DNA of 63,983 nt, counting the filler, from Parasitella parasitica NRRL 2501 (Eukaryota > Fungi > Mucoromycota): NCBI GenBank assembly GCA_025201805.1. It is 4 parts of 4 records of this genome, joined end to end, with 100 filler letters (N's around TTAATTAATTAA, not from the genome) between each part and the next. Parts side by side here need not be neighbours in the genome. Positions count along the whole stretch, not along the records: positions 38,562 to 53,719 come from MU619323.1; positions 53,820 to 63,983 come from MU619398.1; 2 more parts are not named here. One strand, written 5' to 3'. Below the pieces are notes generated by a model, which made no database searches, was not told the origin of the DNA, and saw nothing but the letters and a program-made list of their open reading frames with translations. A program made the position numbers and the translations under genes. This document shows, in pieces, positions 49,344-62,237 of this stretch. Each line of letters begins with the position of its first letter. The first letter of the stretch is position 1.

Positions 49344-51506
49344 ATGTCTGCTGAATACGAGGGTGCTATCGGTATCGATTTAGGTACTACGTAAGTAGAT
49401 TCTATGCAAGACAAATTTTACGTATTTTTTTTTTGTTGCACATGTAAATTTTGCATGCAATTAGCGTTGTATATGCAAAAAACCGCAACAATTCCCGACA
49501 TTTTAGACTAACATCATATGTAATAGCTACTCCTGCGTTGGTGTTTGGGAATCCGAACGTGTTGAAATCATTGCCAACGAGCAGGGTAACCGTACTACTC
49601 CTTCTTACGTTGCTTTCTCTGACAACGAGCGTCTTGTCGGTGATGCTGCCAAGAATCAAGCTGCCATGAACCCCAAGAACACCGTTTTCGATGCTAAGCG
49701 TCTTATTGGTCGTCGTTTTGATGATTCTGAGGTCAAGGAAGATATGAAAAACTGGCCTTTCGCCGTTGTTGATAAGAACGAGAACCCTTTCATTCAAGTT
49801 GAATTCGAGGGTGAGACCAAGACTTACTCTCCTCAAGGTAAATCCTCAGGGAAAAATTGCATGCTTGTGACGATGTTTAACATCCAATGTAGAAATTTCT
49901 TCCATGGTTCTCATCAAAATGAAGGAAATTGCTGAAGCCAAGATCGGCAAGAAGGTTACCAAGGCTGTTGTCACCGTTCCCGCCTATTTCAACGACAGTA
50001 AGTATATTATATAGAGAGTCAGGGAATTTGTACTGATAATGTCCATCAACTAGGTCAACGTCAAGCCACCAAGGATGCTGGTACCATTTCTGGTCTTGAT
50101 GTTCTCCGTATCATCAATGAACCTACTGCTGCCGGTAAGTCATATCCGTATTTAGCAGAGAGCACTGTAATTGATTGTATTATTTGCTTGTAGCTATTGC
50201 CTACGGTTTGGATGCCAATGACAAGAAAGAACGTAATGTCCTTATTTTCGATTTGGGTGGTGGAACTTTTGATGTTTCCCTCTTGACAATCTCTGGTGGT
50301 GTCTTTGCTGTCAAGGCCACTGCTGGTAATACTCATTTGGGTGGTGAAGATTTCGATAACACTCTTGTCAATCACTTTGTTCAAGAAATCAAGCGCAAAC
50401 ACAAGAAGGATATCACTGATGATGCCCGTGCTCTCCGTCGTCTTCGTTCCGCTTCCGAACGTGCTAAGCGTACCTTGTCATCTTTGACCCAAACCACCGT
50501 TGAAGTTGATTCTCTTTTCGATGGTGTTGATTTCCAATCCAACATTACTCGTGCCAAGTTTGAAGAAATTAACTCTGCTGCTTTCCAAGGTACCGTTGAA
50601 CCCGTCGAGCGTGTCCTCAAGGATGCCAAGATTGACAAGAAGAAGGTTGATGAAATTGTTCTCGTTGGTGGATCCACTCGTATCCCCAAGATCCAATCTC
50701 TCCTCCAAGATCTTTTCGATGGCAAGGAATTGAACAAGTCTATCAATCCTGACGAGGCTGTTGCCTATGGTGCCGCCGTCCAAGCTGCTGTTCTTACCAA
50801 CCAAGCCGGCAACGAAAAGACTCAAGATCTCCTTCTTTTGGATGTTGTCCCTCTTTCTCTCGGTGTTGAGATGCAAGGTGGCATTATGGCTGTTGTCGTT
50901 CCCCGTAACACTCCTATTCCCTGTCAAAAGTCCAAGGTTTTCACCACAGCTGCTGATAACCAAACCACCGTTACTTTCCCTGTTTATGAGGGTGAGCGTT
51001 TGATGACCAAGGAGAACAACCTTTTGGGTGAATTCTCTCTTTCTGGTCTTATTCCCGCTCCCCGTGGTACTCCTGAGCTCCTTTGTACCTTTGATCTTGA
51101 TGCCAATGGTATCTTGAAGGTCACTGCTCAAGATAAGACTACCGGTCGCAAGGCTGATGTTACTATCTCTAACTCTACTCGTCTTTCTGCTGCTGATATT
51201 GACCGTATGGTTGAAGATGCCGCCAAGAACGCAGATGCTGATAAGGAACGTGAAGCTGTTGTCCAAGCCAAGCAAGAACTCGAATCTTATATCTACCAAG
51301 TCGAGAACAACATCTCTGACCCCAACGTTAGCATGAAGATCCGTCGTGGTGACCGTGAGTCCATTGAAACTGCACTTGCTGAAGCCATGGAACTCTTGGA
51401 AATCTCTGCTGATGAGGCCAAGGCTGATGATTTCAAGTCTGCTCAATCCAAATTGAAGCGTGTTTCCACTCGTGCCTTCGCTCACGTTTACTCTCAACGT
51501 CGTTAA
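49344..51506 (+). CDS. SSB1: Ribosome-associated Hsp70 (Ssb type)
   Basis: [12 protein letters not shown]|[31 protein letters not shown]; short C-terminus [18 protein letters not shown] without EEVD. Confidence 0.95.
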
Positions 51507-54500
51507 ATCCCTCTTTTTTGTTGACTCTAACGATAAAAGATCTATTAAAAAGGACCGTTTTCTTTACCTGTTTATATATTAAAAAAAATACATTTTTCAT
51601 TTTCAATATTACATACTTTAACAATTGATTTCATATTATGCAAAAGCTAGGCCTAGTAGGTTTGCTGACATGCAAGGGGACGTCGTAGATTACCGTGAAT
51701 CCTTCAAATATATAGCAAAATTAGGATAATGAATTTGACATGCAAGAGGTAAGTTTCTTTGAACTGTATGCCGTTTAAAAAGCATCTGAAGGAACTTTTT
51801 TTTTTTTTTTGCGAAATGAGCTTTTGTGAGGTTCGAAGTTCCGAAGAAAAAAAGATGCATACATATCAAATCCGTCTTCCAAAGAGAAAGACACAAAATA
51901 GATGAAAGCGAGTGGGGGACCATCAATAAGAGAGGGGGGCAAAAAGGAGAGCTACACCATACATGTCGACAACTTGAAATATAGTGTCATCCAACTTGAT
52001 CTGGATTATACAGCCACACCTCGAGTTTATTTCCGCGCTAGGACGGAATGGTTTGGGCAAATTGAAGATACAGAAATCATTGCTTTTGCAGGGGCTGGGG
52101 AAAAGGGGACAGAGTTTGAAAGGAGGCAATATTTCTTGAGTTTATAAACATGTCAAGTAAAGAAAAAAGAGCGGAAGAAAACGACCGGAAATGAATCGAC
52201 GACTAAAGACTACATAGAAGGATCAAACTCTTAGGTACGATGATCCTAATGAAGCATCAACATACGTTAGCCTCTCTCTCTCTCTCCCCCCCCCCCTCCT
52301 CCCTTAATGTCGCTCAAAAAGGCAAAAAACACTATATTATTATTATCGTATAATTAAAACAAGAAGGATTTACATACATTGACGCTTGGATAACAACAGT
52401 ATTGAGTTTGGCATAAATTTAATTTTCGTTTGAAATTAGCTTAACTTTATATTCTACAACATTGAGAATCTAGATATTGCCATTTTGAGCCATGCATCCA
52501 AGTTTCAAGGGAAAGAAAGGAAGGGAGATACTGTGATAGCTTAAATATCATTCTGTTACTTTTCTTGTATACATGTATATGTAGGCTATTTGCTTCCTTG
52601 TGTGTGTAAGCTATACTCAATAAGGAGAGATTGCGGATTTATATTAATGTGAATCATCAAGCAAGACTATTAATATAATTAATATAGAGACAAATATAGT
52701 AGAAGATCATCATATGTAATGCCAGCAGAAGAGAAAAAAAGTCATAAGAACAAACTAACTGTAAAGCCTTTAATAAACCAGTGCATATGTAGATACACTC
52801 TATTAATAGTTCTATCCATTCTACTGAACGCATAAAGAGAGAAACATCAAGCAGACGCGGCATCCAGCAGGAAGCATAAGGCAGTGGGAAGCAGCAGCAA
52901 AGGCGGCGGACACCAAAACAGCGAGAGATAGCTCATGGACTGCATGATGAGGAGTAACCTAAATACAACAACTTGCAAACCAAAGAACCAGGGGAGAAGA
53001 AAGAAAACATAGGGTATTGAGGGAGCAAAGAAGAATATTGAAATTTGGACAGTTTATGTATTGTAATATAAGGGAGAAATAGTTGTAGAGTGACAAGGTT
53101 GATTTTCTTGATCAGAAAAAGCAATTACAATTCATACTATACATAAGGAGGGGATCAGTAACTTGAAAAAAGCTCCTCTTTTATTGTTCCCTCTCTCGTT
53201 TTCCTTCTTATATGAAATTATTCCCCTTGAGATACTAGCAAACATTGACTATAAATCAGACGACATGTTGACGGATAGTTAGAGAAAGATGGCAAGTATG
53301 GATCTGCAGCAGCAGTTGTTCTGTCCGATATGATTAAATCCGACAATATAATGATATTATACAGACAAACAAACAGACAGTTACATTGAAATTGTGGCAA
53401 CTACATAATGTTTGCAAAGGTGGATCTTTTTCTTTGTTCTAGTTACTCCTTAATTAATAAGAAATGAATATCAGGGAGAAAGAGAAAGAAAGAAAAAAGA
53501 TATTCTACATACATGCACTTACATAACACACTAAAAAGAAAAAAGAAAATAGAGCAGACTTATGTCAATAGACAACATTTTTAAAGTTGTAAATTAGAAA
53601 GAAGAACAGGGATTCTTATTTTGAGGAGATGGTACATTACATACATACATTTACACATTTGAGAGAGCAACAAAAAAGGAAGAGACATATCCAGCATTGA
53701 TAGATGAAAGCGTTTTTTTNNNNNNNNNNNNNNNNNNNNNNNNNNNNNNNNNNNNNNNNNNNNTTAATTAATTAANNNNNNNNNNNNNNNNNNNNNNNNN
53801 NNNNNNNNNNNNNNNNNNNAAATAGCTTAAGCAATACTATGTCTTGCATAACAGCAAGACACCCCTTATTTATGGGTAAGTTAGCCTATTGAAAAAAAAA
53901 AGTTTGATTGGTCCAAAAACTAATATGTCCCCTTCTACTTATTGCTGTCCCATTTTCATACTGGTGTCTCACTTTCATTGCGACGTCCAAATTCAATTTT
54001 AAAATGACCCAAATTTTTTCTTACTGGCCCAACCTAGTTTCGTCGACTGTAAATAGCCTGTACAATACAATAAAAAAATGTAAAAATAGCGAAAACGCTA
54101 AGTATATGCTTGATCTACAAGACAATGTGTGTGCGTATAGTTTGATACGTGATTCTATAGATTGAACAATGTTTGGCTAATAGTAAACATAAAAAACTAC
54201 GATATTCTTTATTTTTTTCAGGCGAAAATTGAACCTTGTCAAAATTATGATTTCAAATGAGGTATTGCAAGGCAAAAAGTGGAGCGAAAATTGAAATAAT
54301 GCATTAGAATGGATCTGTTGAGCGAGGGTATTCGTTTAGTATCTATAAAAGCACCAGAGACGGGCATAAGCTATCAAAAATAGCATAATTTTAGTCAATT
54401 ATAAGGGCTCTTGCATTGTAAAAATGAAATGAGGCTGACAGCTCAACAAGAGTGGCTCCACAATGACGGATTTGTGTGCAACCTGTTGGCTTAATTGTTA

Positions 54501-54604
54501 GGACCGACAGTTTTAGAAAAGGCAAAAGTCAAGTTAGCCTTTCCTTTCCTCTCTTTTTCCTTTCTTTTTTTTTTCTTTTTCTTTTCTGCATCGTTCTTCA
54601 TATC

Positions 54605-57600
54605 ATGGCCCTATTTGCAAATTCGATTGATTTGGCCATACATCAAGATCAGAGAACGACAAAGCTAGCTTCAGTAAACTTTGTCGCGTCCTCCCGTGTA
54701 TCAGAGGCTTTGGCCGTCTCTGGCCATTTAGCCTTGTCCGCTCCTTCTCAAATCATGGGCCAGTTTCAATTTTTGAAGGTTTCAAGAAACTAACAAGATA
54801 CTTGTCAGGGTTAACATTACTAATATGTACAAATAGACATTATCACACCCGAATTTGTGTGAATACGTAGAGATACACCGTGGAAAACATGGTATGATTT
54901 TCTTTGCTGATTGCTTGATCAGAGAGCTAATGTGTTGCAAAAATGTATGCAGATCGACTATTTGTAGTATCTGAATATCATGATCTTTCCTTGCAAAAAG
55001 CTAGAAATTTAGATTCAAAGGACCCTCCTCCGGTCAGGTATTATCCTCTCATGCAAACCACGAATTTCCTTACCGCTGGATTGTAAATGCATGATTTTTT
55101 TTTTCTAGTATTTCTGTATTAAAACAATGGGCATTTGAGATATTCTCGGGGTTACAGTACCTAAGAGAAAACAACATAGTCCATGCCGCTTTATCACCGA
55201 CAAATATTATGCTGGACAAAGAAGTATGTGCGCTTGGAAAAGCAAGCAATAGAATGTGCACCACACTAACATTGAACATCTGCATACACAGAATCATATA
55301 AAATTATTTGGATATGGATTGCATTACATGACAAGTGGTGGACGAGATGTGGATTTCCCAATAGGCTACCCAACATATTTGGCCCCGGAATGCCTAGAAG
55401 ACATCAGCAGCGTTGGGTTTCATAAACGGGATACGTGGGCAACAGGTGTGATCCTTTTAGAACAATACACACGGAATTCGTTTTGGACCACGAGTGATGT
55501 CGGGTTGATTTTTGACACATTAATGACTTTGAAAGAGTGGCATCAAGAAGACAATGCAACGTCTAATGTTTGGCATCACGACGACATCGAGTCGCTGGAT
55601 ATCAGCAGAGAAATCTTGACGTTTTTGCAGAAGCAAGATACACTAGACACAGAAGAACTGTTGTTTCAACAATTTGTGCTGCGCTGTCTAGACTTGTCAT
55701 TGGAGAAACGGCCGAATACAGCAGAAGCATTGTCATCTTGCTTTTTTGGCAGTGGGTTAGTGTCCGTGGATGCTCAAGCTTGGGTAGAAGGACCGATCCT
55801 AGCATCGGATGTCGTGGAGCCAGAAACAATCGACACACAGAATAGCTCAAGCCAGGAAGATGTTAACGGCATTCTCCAGGGACTGCCAGCGTCTCAAGTA
55901 TATAATCTATGGAAGCTAGCAGGGGGGGATGTAGAGCTTGATCTTGTCAAGAGAGGCGTGTTCTTATCGACACCAGTAATCAAGCGGCTGCCTCGAGTGT
56001 GCATGCTGCCGGAGGGGCTTGAAGTAGGAGACAAAGTAATCGACACAGCTCAGCTTTATTCAGATGCCATCTACGTACTTGGCTTCAAGGAATTATACCA
56101 GCGTCTCGAAGAGGGCAACAAGGAAGCCGCTTCTGACAAATTTGAATGGGATACAGATTACTTTATTTTGGTGGACGAAAACGATGTCAACTTTTTACTA
56201 GAATCTGAAGACGACGACACTGAAAAAGAGCAAGATAGCGCGGACAGCCTAGCAGCGGATATCAACGATTTGATGTTCTCGGATAACGTGGTGTCTTCAG
56301 AGCCCTCTGCAATGCAGTCGAATGGCATGCCAACACCAACCACACCGTCATCGTCCCGCTCGCGCGCCTTGTCTATGAATTCAGCCACAGGCAGATCTAG
56401 ATCAGCTTCATCGCTTTCCATCAATAGTACGACTTCTATACCAAATCAATCAAACGTACCTAAATTACCTTTATTTTTGAGAGAGCAGGACATCAATTAC
56501 CAATACTATCGCCAAACACTGTTTTCGGAATTGCTGCGCCAATACCCAGCATCTAGAAAAGAGATATTTCATCACGCCAAGGTGGATATTCCACCTTTGT
56601 TAAGAGGAAAAGTGTGGGCCGCTGTCTTGGGCGTGCGCGGCGAAATACAGCGTGAATATGAACAGATTGAAAAGTGTGTTGATATGGGAGCCGACAGACA
56701 GGTATACGGCAAGCTTACAGCCTACATGTCATCACTGGTGCGCTAACTACAATGTACGTGTAGATTGAGGTCGATGTGCCTAGATGTCACCAATACAATC
56801 AACTGCTTGCATCTTCTACCGGCCATGACAAACTGCGACGATTACTGAAGGCTTGGGTTTCAGCAAATACAAAACTAGTATACTGGCAAGGCCTGGACTC
56901 ACTCTGTGCGCCATTTTTAACCCTGAATTTCAACGATGAAGCTATCGCGTTTGCATGCCTACAAAAGTTTATACCAAAGTTTCTTAACAATTTCTTTTTA
57001 AAAGACAATGCGCCTGTCCTTCAAGAATATTTGGCTGTATTTCGCCATCTGCTCAGTTTTCATGACCCCGAACTGTCAAGCCATCTAGACACCATCGGAT
57101 TTATGCCTGATCTTTATGCAATTCCTTGGTTCCTGACACTATTCACTCGTAAGTCTGACGCTGTTCCTGTCTGGATATATGCACATTAACCACAAAAATG
57201 TATGCAGATGTGTTTCCTCTGGACAAAATATACCATTTGTGGGATAAGCTGTTGGTAGGTCCATCTTCTTTACCGCTGTTTGCTGGCATTGCAATCCTAC
57301 GTCAAATACGAGATACTCTGCTGTCATACGAATTTAACGATTGCATTGTGTTGTTCTCGGATAGTTTCCCAAAGGTAGACATTGAGAAGTGTGTGCAGAG
57401 TGCATTGAACATGTGCAAAGTAACGCCTCCTAGTGTGTCTTCGCGAGTGCATGGTCCTGATAACAGTGACGATGACTCTGAAAAGGATGAGTTGGAAGCT
57501 ACTAATGAGCAAGCAAAGCAGTGGTGGGATGCGCCAATCTCTATTGAAGCCAAGAAAGCCGAATTGGCGCCTCGAATATCAGTAAACGACATTCCTAGAA

Positions 57601-58144
57601 TTCTTCCTTATGCCCTCGTGCTGGATATTCGCCCCGAATCAGAGTAAATTCCATCAGTATACAAAACAAATATTGCGTATATTTATGGCACTTTTTGTAA
57701 CGGTAGATATGTAAAGGGCCATGCTCCCTCCTCAATGAATGTAATGGCCTCACAGCTATCAAACTATGCCAACATCTTGAAGAAACTGAACCGCAAATAC
57801 CATGTCGTTATTGCGAATGAAGGAGAGGAGGACAAAGAAGGCCCAAAAGTAAGTTGAAGCAAAAGCATACTTTGCACACACACACGCACACACATACACA
57901 CAAATTATTTACCAACTATTCTATTCAAAACAAGTTTGCTAGTGAGCTTGTGCGAAGGAATTTCCCAAGAACAGCGTTAATGCAAGGCAGCATGGAAGCG
58001 TTCGAGACCATCAATGATGCTTTGGCACATCTGTGTACGTGTCGACCTCAAAAACAAACAACAGCAGGGTTCAAAGGCAAAGGATCAGAGCCGCCATTTG
58101 TCATGTGGAGATGTAAAGTGCCACCACCATTGAGAAACCAATAA
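54605..58144 (+). CDS. TBCK: TBC-domain-containing pseudokinase with rhodanese-like C-terminus (TBCK)
   Basis: [114 protein letters not shown]...GHAPSSMNV. Confidence 0.93.
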
Positions 58145-58165
58145 ATCCTTTTATTTCATTTCAAT

Positions 58166-59230
58166 CTACAGCGCTGTTCCTCTCTCCAGATTTTCACGAA
58201 TTTCCTTTGTATACTTGTCATAGAATCTCGCAATCTTTTGATTAAACACACGGTTCTTTTCATTGATCCACGATATATCGTCAGGCTGTTCTTTACGATC
58301 ACGGGATCTAGTCTCACGCTGTTGAATTCTACAGCAGCAAAAGTTAAAAAAAAAAAAAAAAAGAAAAAAAAACCATTCATGTCAACTTACTGTTTCTTAG
58401 TCGCTTCTGCTAATCTATCGACAGCTTCCTTGGAAGGCTTATCATCCAGTCTCGCATAATCCAGTGAATTTGCCATTGCAGAAATGTCGGAAGGATCCTC
58501 GCCGTTGCGAATAGCACGTTCGATATCCAGCATCCTCTTTTCTGTGTAAGCACCCATATCTGGCTTGAATTCAGACATTAAACGGATGTATTTCTTGTGT
58601 GCTGCTTGTGAATAATCTGTAAAGCCGCTATTAGCCATCTTTGCTTTCTTGGCCATCTTCTTCTCCCACGCAGCAGCCGATTCAGCAGAGTATTTCCAGA
58701 ACTGCTTGCGCTCGTAATCCTCTCCTTTGTCCTTTGCGTCCTGTTTCTCTAGCAACTTTAATGCTTCTGCCTTCTTTCGTTCATCTCTCGCTTCAAGCTT
58801 GGGGTTTTCTTTGCTACGCTGAAATTCAAGATTACGATCACGGCGATTGCCTTGATCAACTTCGGTTGCCTAACTTGATTGTTTGAATTTCGTCCTTTCT
58901 CGGCATTTTTGAAAACAAAAAACAAAAGCAAAAAACAAAAAAAAAACTTACTCGACGCCTTTTCAGCTGTTTTAATTTCGCCATACGTTCTGACAGGGAA
59001 GAGCTGCTATCACTAGCACCGGTGCTGCTACTGCCTGTTGCTACAGCAGTGGCGTCTTTAGCAGACGATTCTTCGTCGCCATCCGAGTGCTTGCGCTTTG
59101 CTGAAGCTTTGTCAATGGGTGTCTCCGGTTCTTGACTCTGGACAGGCGATGTATGATTTTTTCCTGTTTCTCCAATTGTCTCTTTCTTTTCCTGCTTCTT
59201 TTTCGCTGCTGTCTTTTTCTTTGGTGGCAT
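58166..59230 (-). CDS. SYF2: Pre-mRNA splicing factor Syf2
   Basis: [15 protein letters not shown]...[17 protein letters not shown]...[12 protein letters not shown]...[10 protein letters not shown]...[36 protein letters not shown]. Confidence 0.95.
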
Positions 59231-59468
59231 TTTTATCAGGCTTCTTTATTTTATTTATTTTTTTAGTGTTGTAAAAGGAATAGATGAAAGAAAGGGAAAA
59301 TTTATCTTGTGCCAAGTCCCCGTCGTCAGCATGGCTATTCATGAACCGACGTGGTCACCTTTGAATGCTAATAACACAACGAGAGAGAGAGAGAGATACA
59401 CTGATCTGCCTGCTTTTATTCTGCTTATATATATTTGCGACATTTGCTAATGATATTCGAGTCTGTAT

Positions 59469-60305
59469 TTATAAGCTTTCGCCTGATGCGGGTAAATAAA
59501 AAGCGCCGGTTGTGATGGCAAAACGATACAATGGCCGAGGCTCTTTTGTGATATGCTCTGTGATCCTGATTTGGCCGCCACAAACAAAAGACCGTAGCAT
59601 AAGACAATGCATTTCTAGCGCTTCTAGCGTTCTTGTTGTGATGGCGTTAGATTGTACAATGTTTGGTGGCAAAGTCACTATCAATGTATGCAGCAGCGCG
59701 CAATGACTGGCAATGGCAACCAGCCCTTCATCCGACAAACAACCACATTTCCTTAATTTCAGGGTTTTCAGACCAGGGCAGAAGGCAACCAGACGTATTA
59801 GATGATGGTCTGACAAATAGCACTGGTTTATGCACAGTGAGTGTAAATGAGGGCGTATCTGATTTTGGATCGCATCGAACAAAGAGTGCAAGACTACTGG
59901 CGTACATTGATACATGTGGATTTCGGCAATGCCTTGATCTAATTGACGGCGTAGAAACCGCTTGAATTGCTCATTTTCCTCGTCAACATGTAGCTGCCCT
60001 AGGGACAGTATCTCCAAGTTTAAGTGGAGCAAAATGCTGAATAGTCGATCCGGTATTGCTTCGTATGCGGCGCTGCTAAAGTGAAGTGCTAGGCCTGTCA
60101 CCCAATGGCTGTAGGGATGCAGCGGCATTGGCAGGCTCAAAGCGTCTGTTAATTGATGAAACTCTGTAGGATTGGTTATGTAGGGCATGTTCCATAAATG
60201 TCGCAATGCATGCGGTGAAATTGTTTGACAAGTAAGACCAAATTCATACATTGTCCCTTGATCAGCAAATTGCAAAACAGCCAATATAACATCAAACGGG
60301 ATCAT
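59469..60305 (-). CDS. F-box/leucine-rich-repeat protein
   Basis: N-terminal IPFDVILAVLQF...LTCQ...ALRHLW F-box-like motif; cysteine-containing LRRs (CPGLKTLKLRKCGCLSDEGLVAIASHC). Confidence 0.8.
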   Translation of the reverse strand: MIPFDVILAVLQFADQGTMYEFGLTCQTISPHALRHLWNMPYITNPTEFHQLTDALSLPMPLHPYSHWVTGLALHFSSAAYEAIPDRLFSILLHLNLEILSLGQLHVDEENEQFKRFLRRQLDQGIAEIHMYQCTPVVLHSLFDAIQNQIRPHLHSLCINQCYLSDHHLIRLVAFCPGLKTLKLRKCGCLSDEGLVAIASHCALLHTLIVTLPPNIVQSNAITTRTLEALEMHCLMLRSFVCGGQIRITEHITKEPRPLYRFAITTGAFYLPASGESL

Positions 60306-62237
60306 TTCATCTAATATCACATGTGGCGTTGGTATTTCATTTTGTTGAATATCGTTATGCTTACCCAGTTGCTATGCTACGGCGGGGAAAAAGGAGGAAA
60401 GGTGGGGGAGGGGAGGGAAAAAAAAAAGAAGAGAAGATAAGAGATGGAGGGAAAAAAATGATTTATATTCTACTGCTTTGCGACGCAAAAGTCGGCCTTC
60501 ATACAAATGGATAACGCTAAAGATGGGTGGGGTGAGATGGTTAAAGAAAAACCACAGACACACCATGATTGCTTGTTTTCGCTCAAATGTGGTACCTTGC
60601 TTTTTAAAGGAGAAGCAAAAAAGACAGTTGCACAATAACAGTTGTGATCGATGTCAATCCTATTTTAGATTTGTTTGTCTCAATAATTACATGCGGAAGT
60701 TCTTTTTCGAGCAAAAATCAAGATCGCTCTCTAGCAATATTCTATGGCTGTTCTATTCGTACCTTACTGCATATAAGCCTGTCTATACTGGACACCGCTT
60801 ACTAGACTGTTTCATTCACGTAGCTAAAATGCGTGTGCCGAGAAGGATGTTTTGCACTGCCGCTATGCGTCTAGCATACGCTGTACTTTTGCTCACTGCT
60901 TTATGCTAATACGCTTGTTAGGAATCACACCAATTGTGCAACACTTGACATTGTAAATGTCCATAGACACCATCCTTTTTTTTTTTTCTCCTGTGCGAAC
61001 ACGCGAGGCGTGCTCTTGTGTCGTGAATAAGGAAAAAAAAAGCTTATATCCAGCGGTTGCACTTCCAATTGGAACAAATAACCCTTAATTTTTCAGATGA
61101 ATGTGCATTTTCAAGTATCACAACATGAACGTGTGAGATCCCCCAGTTGCAAATAGATTGGGATGCCGCTCTTCTAGAAGATTGCCTTGAACAGTCGCTT
61201 CCATGGGATATCAGGGAATTTCTCAAATACAAACAAATCATAAATCTATTGCTTGCAATGGGCTTTTGCTTTCTGCTATAGTTGCAATCAGACCTCGAGA
61301 TTTCACAGTGCTTCTTCAAACAAAGTTGTTGTGTACNNNNNNNNNNNNNNNCTCATGTTGTGGTACGGTAACGACATGAAAGCTCCATTTATATTACTCG
61401 CTTTGTTTCAGACACGCTGTCTTGAGAAGTATTAATTAAAAAAAAACTTTGAGCTCATTGCTAAAAATCTACCAAGGATCTCAAGAACCTTATATACAGC
61501 GGCATTTTCTTGATGTGTCCACGTTTATCAAAACAGTAAACAGATATTTTATGGATATGACAAGCTCGAAATGCCTCCATTTTGGCGTGATATTTGTTAC
61601 TTTTTATGTAGATTGTCTAAAATTGCGTGTAGGCATTCCCATATATTTACCGGGTATATTTTTAAACAATGTATGCGTTTCTGATTTCATTATTTTTCAT
61701 CCTCGCACTGCATGAGCTGTCAATATAACAATCATGTGTTCTTATCTTGATTATTTTAGTGCTATGTTTAAGCCATAACATACACTTTTCTCTCTCCCGC
61801 TCTTTTTTTATGTCAAACTCAAGGTAATGGTATCTTGTCAATATTGTGTTCAAGTAGAAGAAAAGGGCTTTGGTGCTCATAAAATTTAATTCTGCCAACA
61901 CAAAAATAGCTCTGTACGGGGTATGCAACGTTTGTTGTACACATCACTATTGTTTCATAATACATATATAATATCTTGATGATTTTATTATTGTTGAAAT
62001 GTTTGTTATCTACATATGCATTCTGCCCTTAGTCATCGTCGCTGATTGCGTTATGAAACTTGCAAGTATCACAATTCTCGAAATAGTGCCTTACAAGCAT
62101 CATTTTGCGAATGTCAAAGACATACTGTAACGGTATAACAAGCTAAATTCCAGTAAACAATTTATAAATCGAAATGTCACTTGCAGCGCTCGATTAATGT
62201 TGAATTATCTCCACTTTTTATATTTGTTTGCTTGCCT

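Noticed and set aside
49392-49526. SSB intron 1 as a snoRNA host
   Set aside because: No RUGAUGA/CUGA box pair or H/ACA structure visible.
50478-51497. 339-aa ORF antisense to SSB Hsp70 (also 49402-49836 and 50061-50402)
   Set aside because: Well-known shadow ORF produced by Hsp70 codon bias; no independent evidence.
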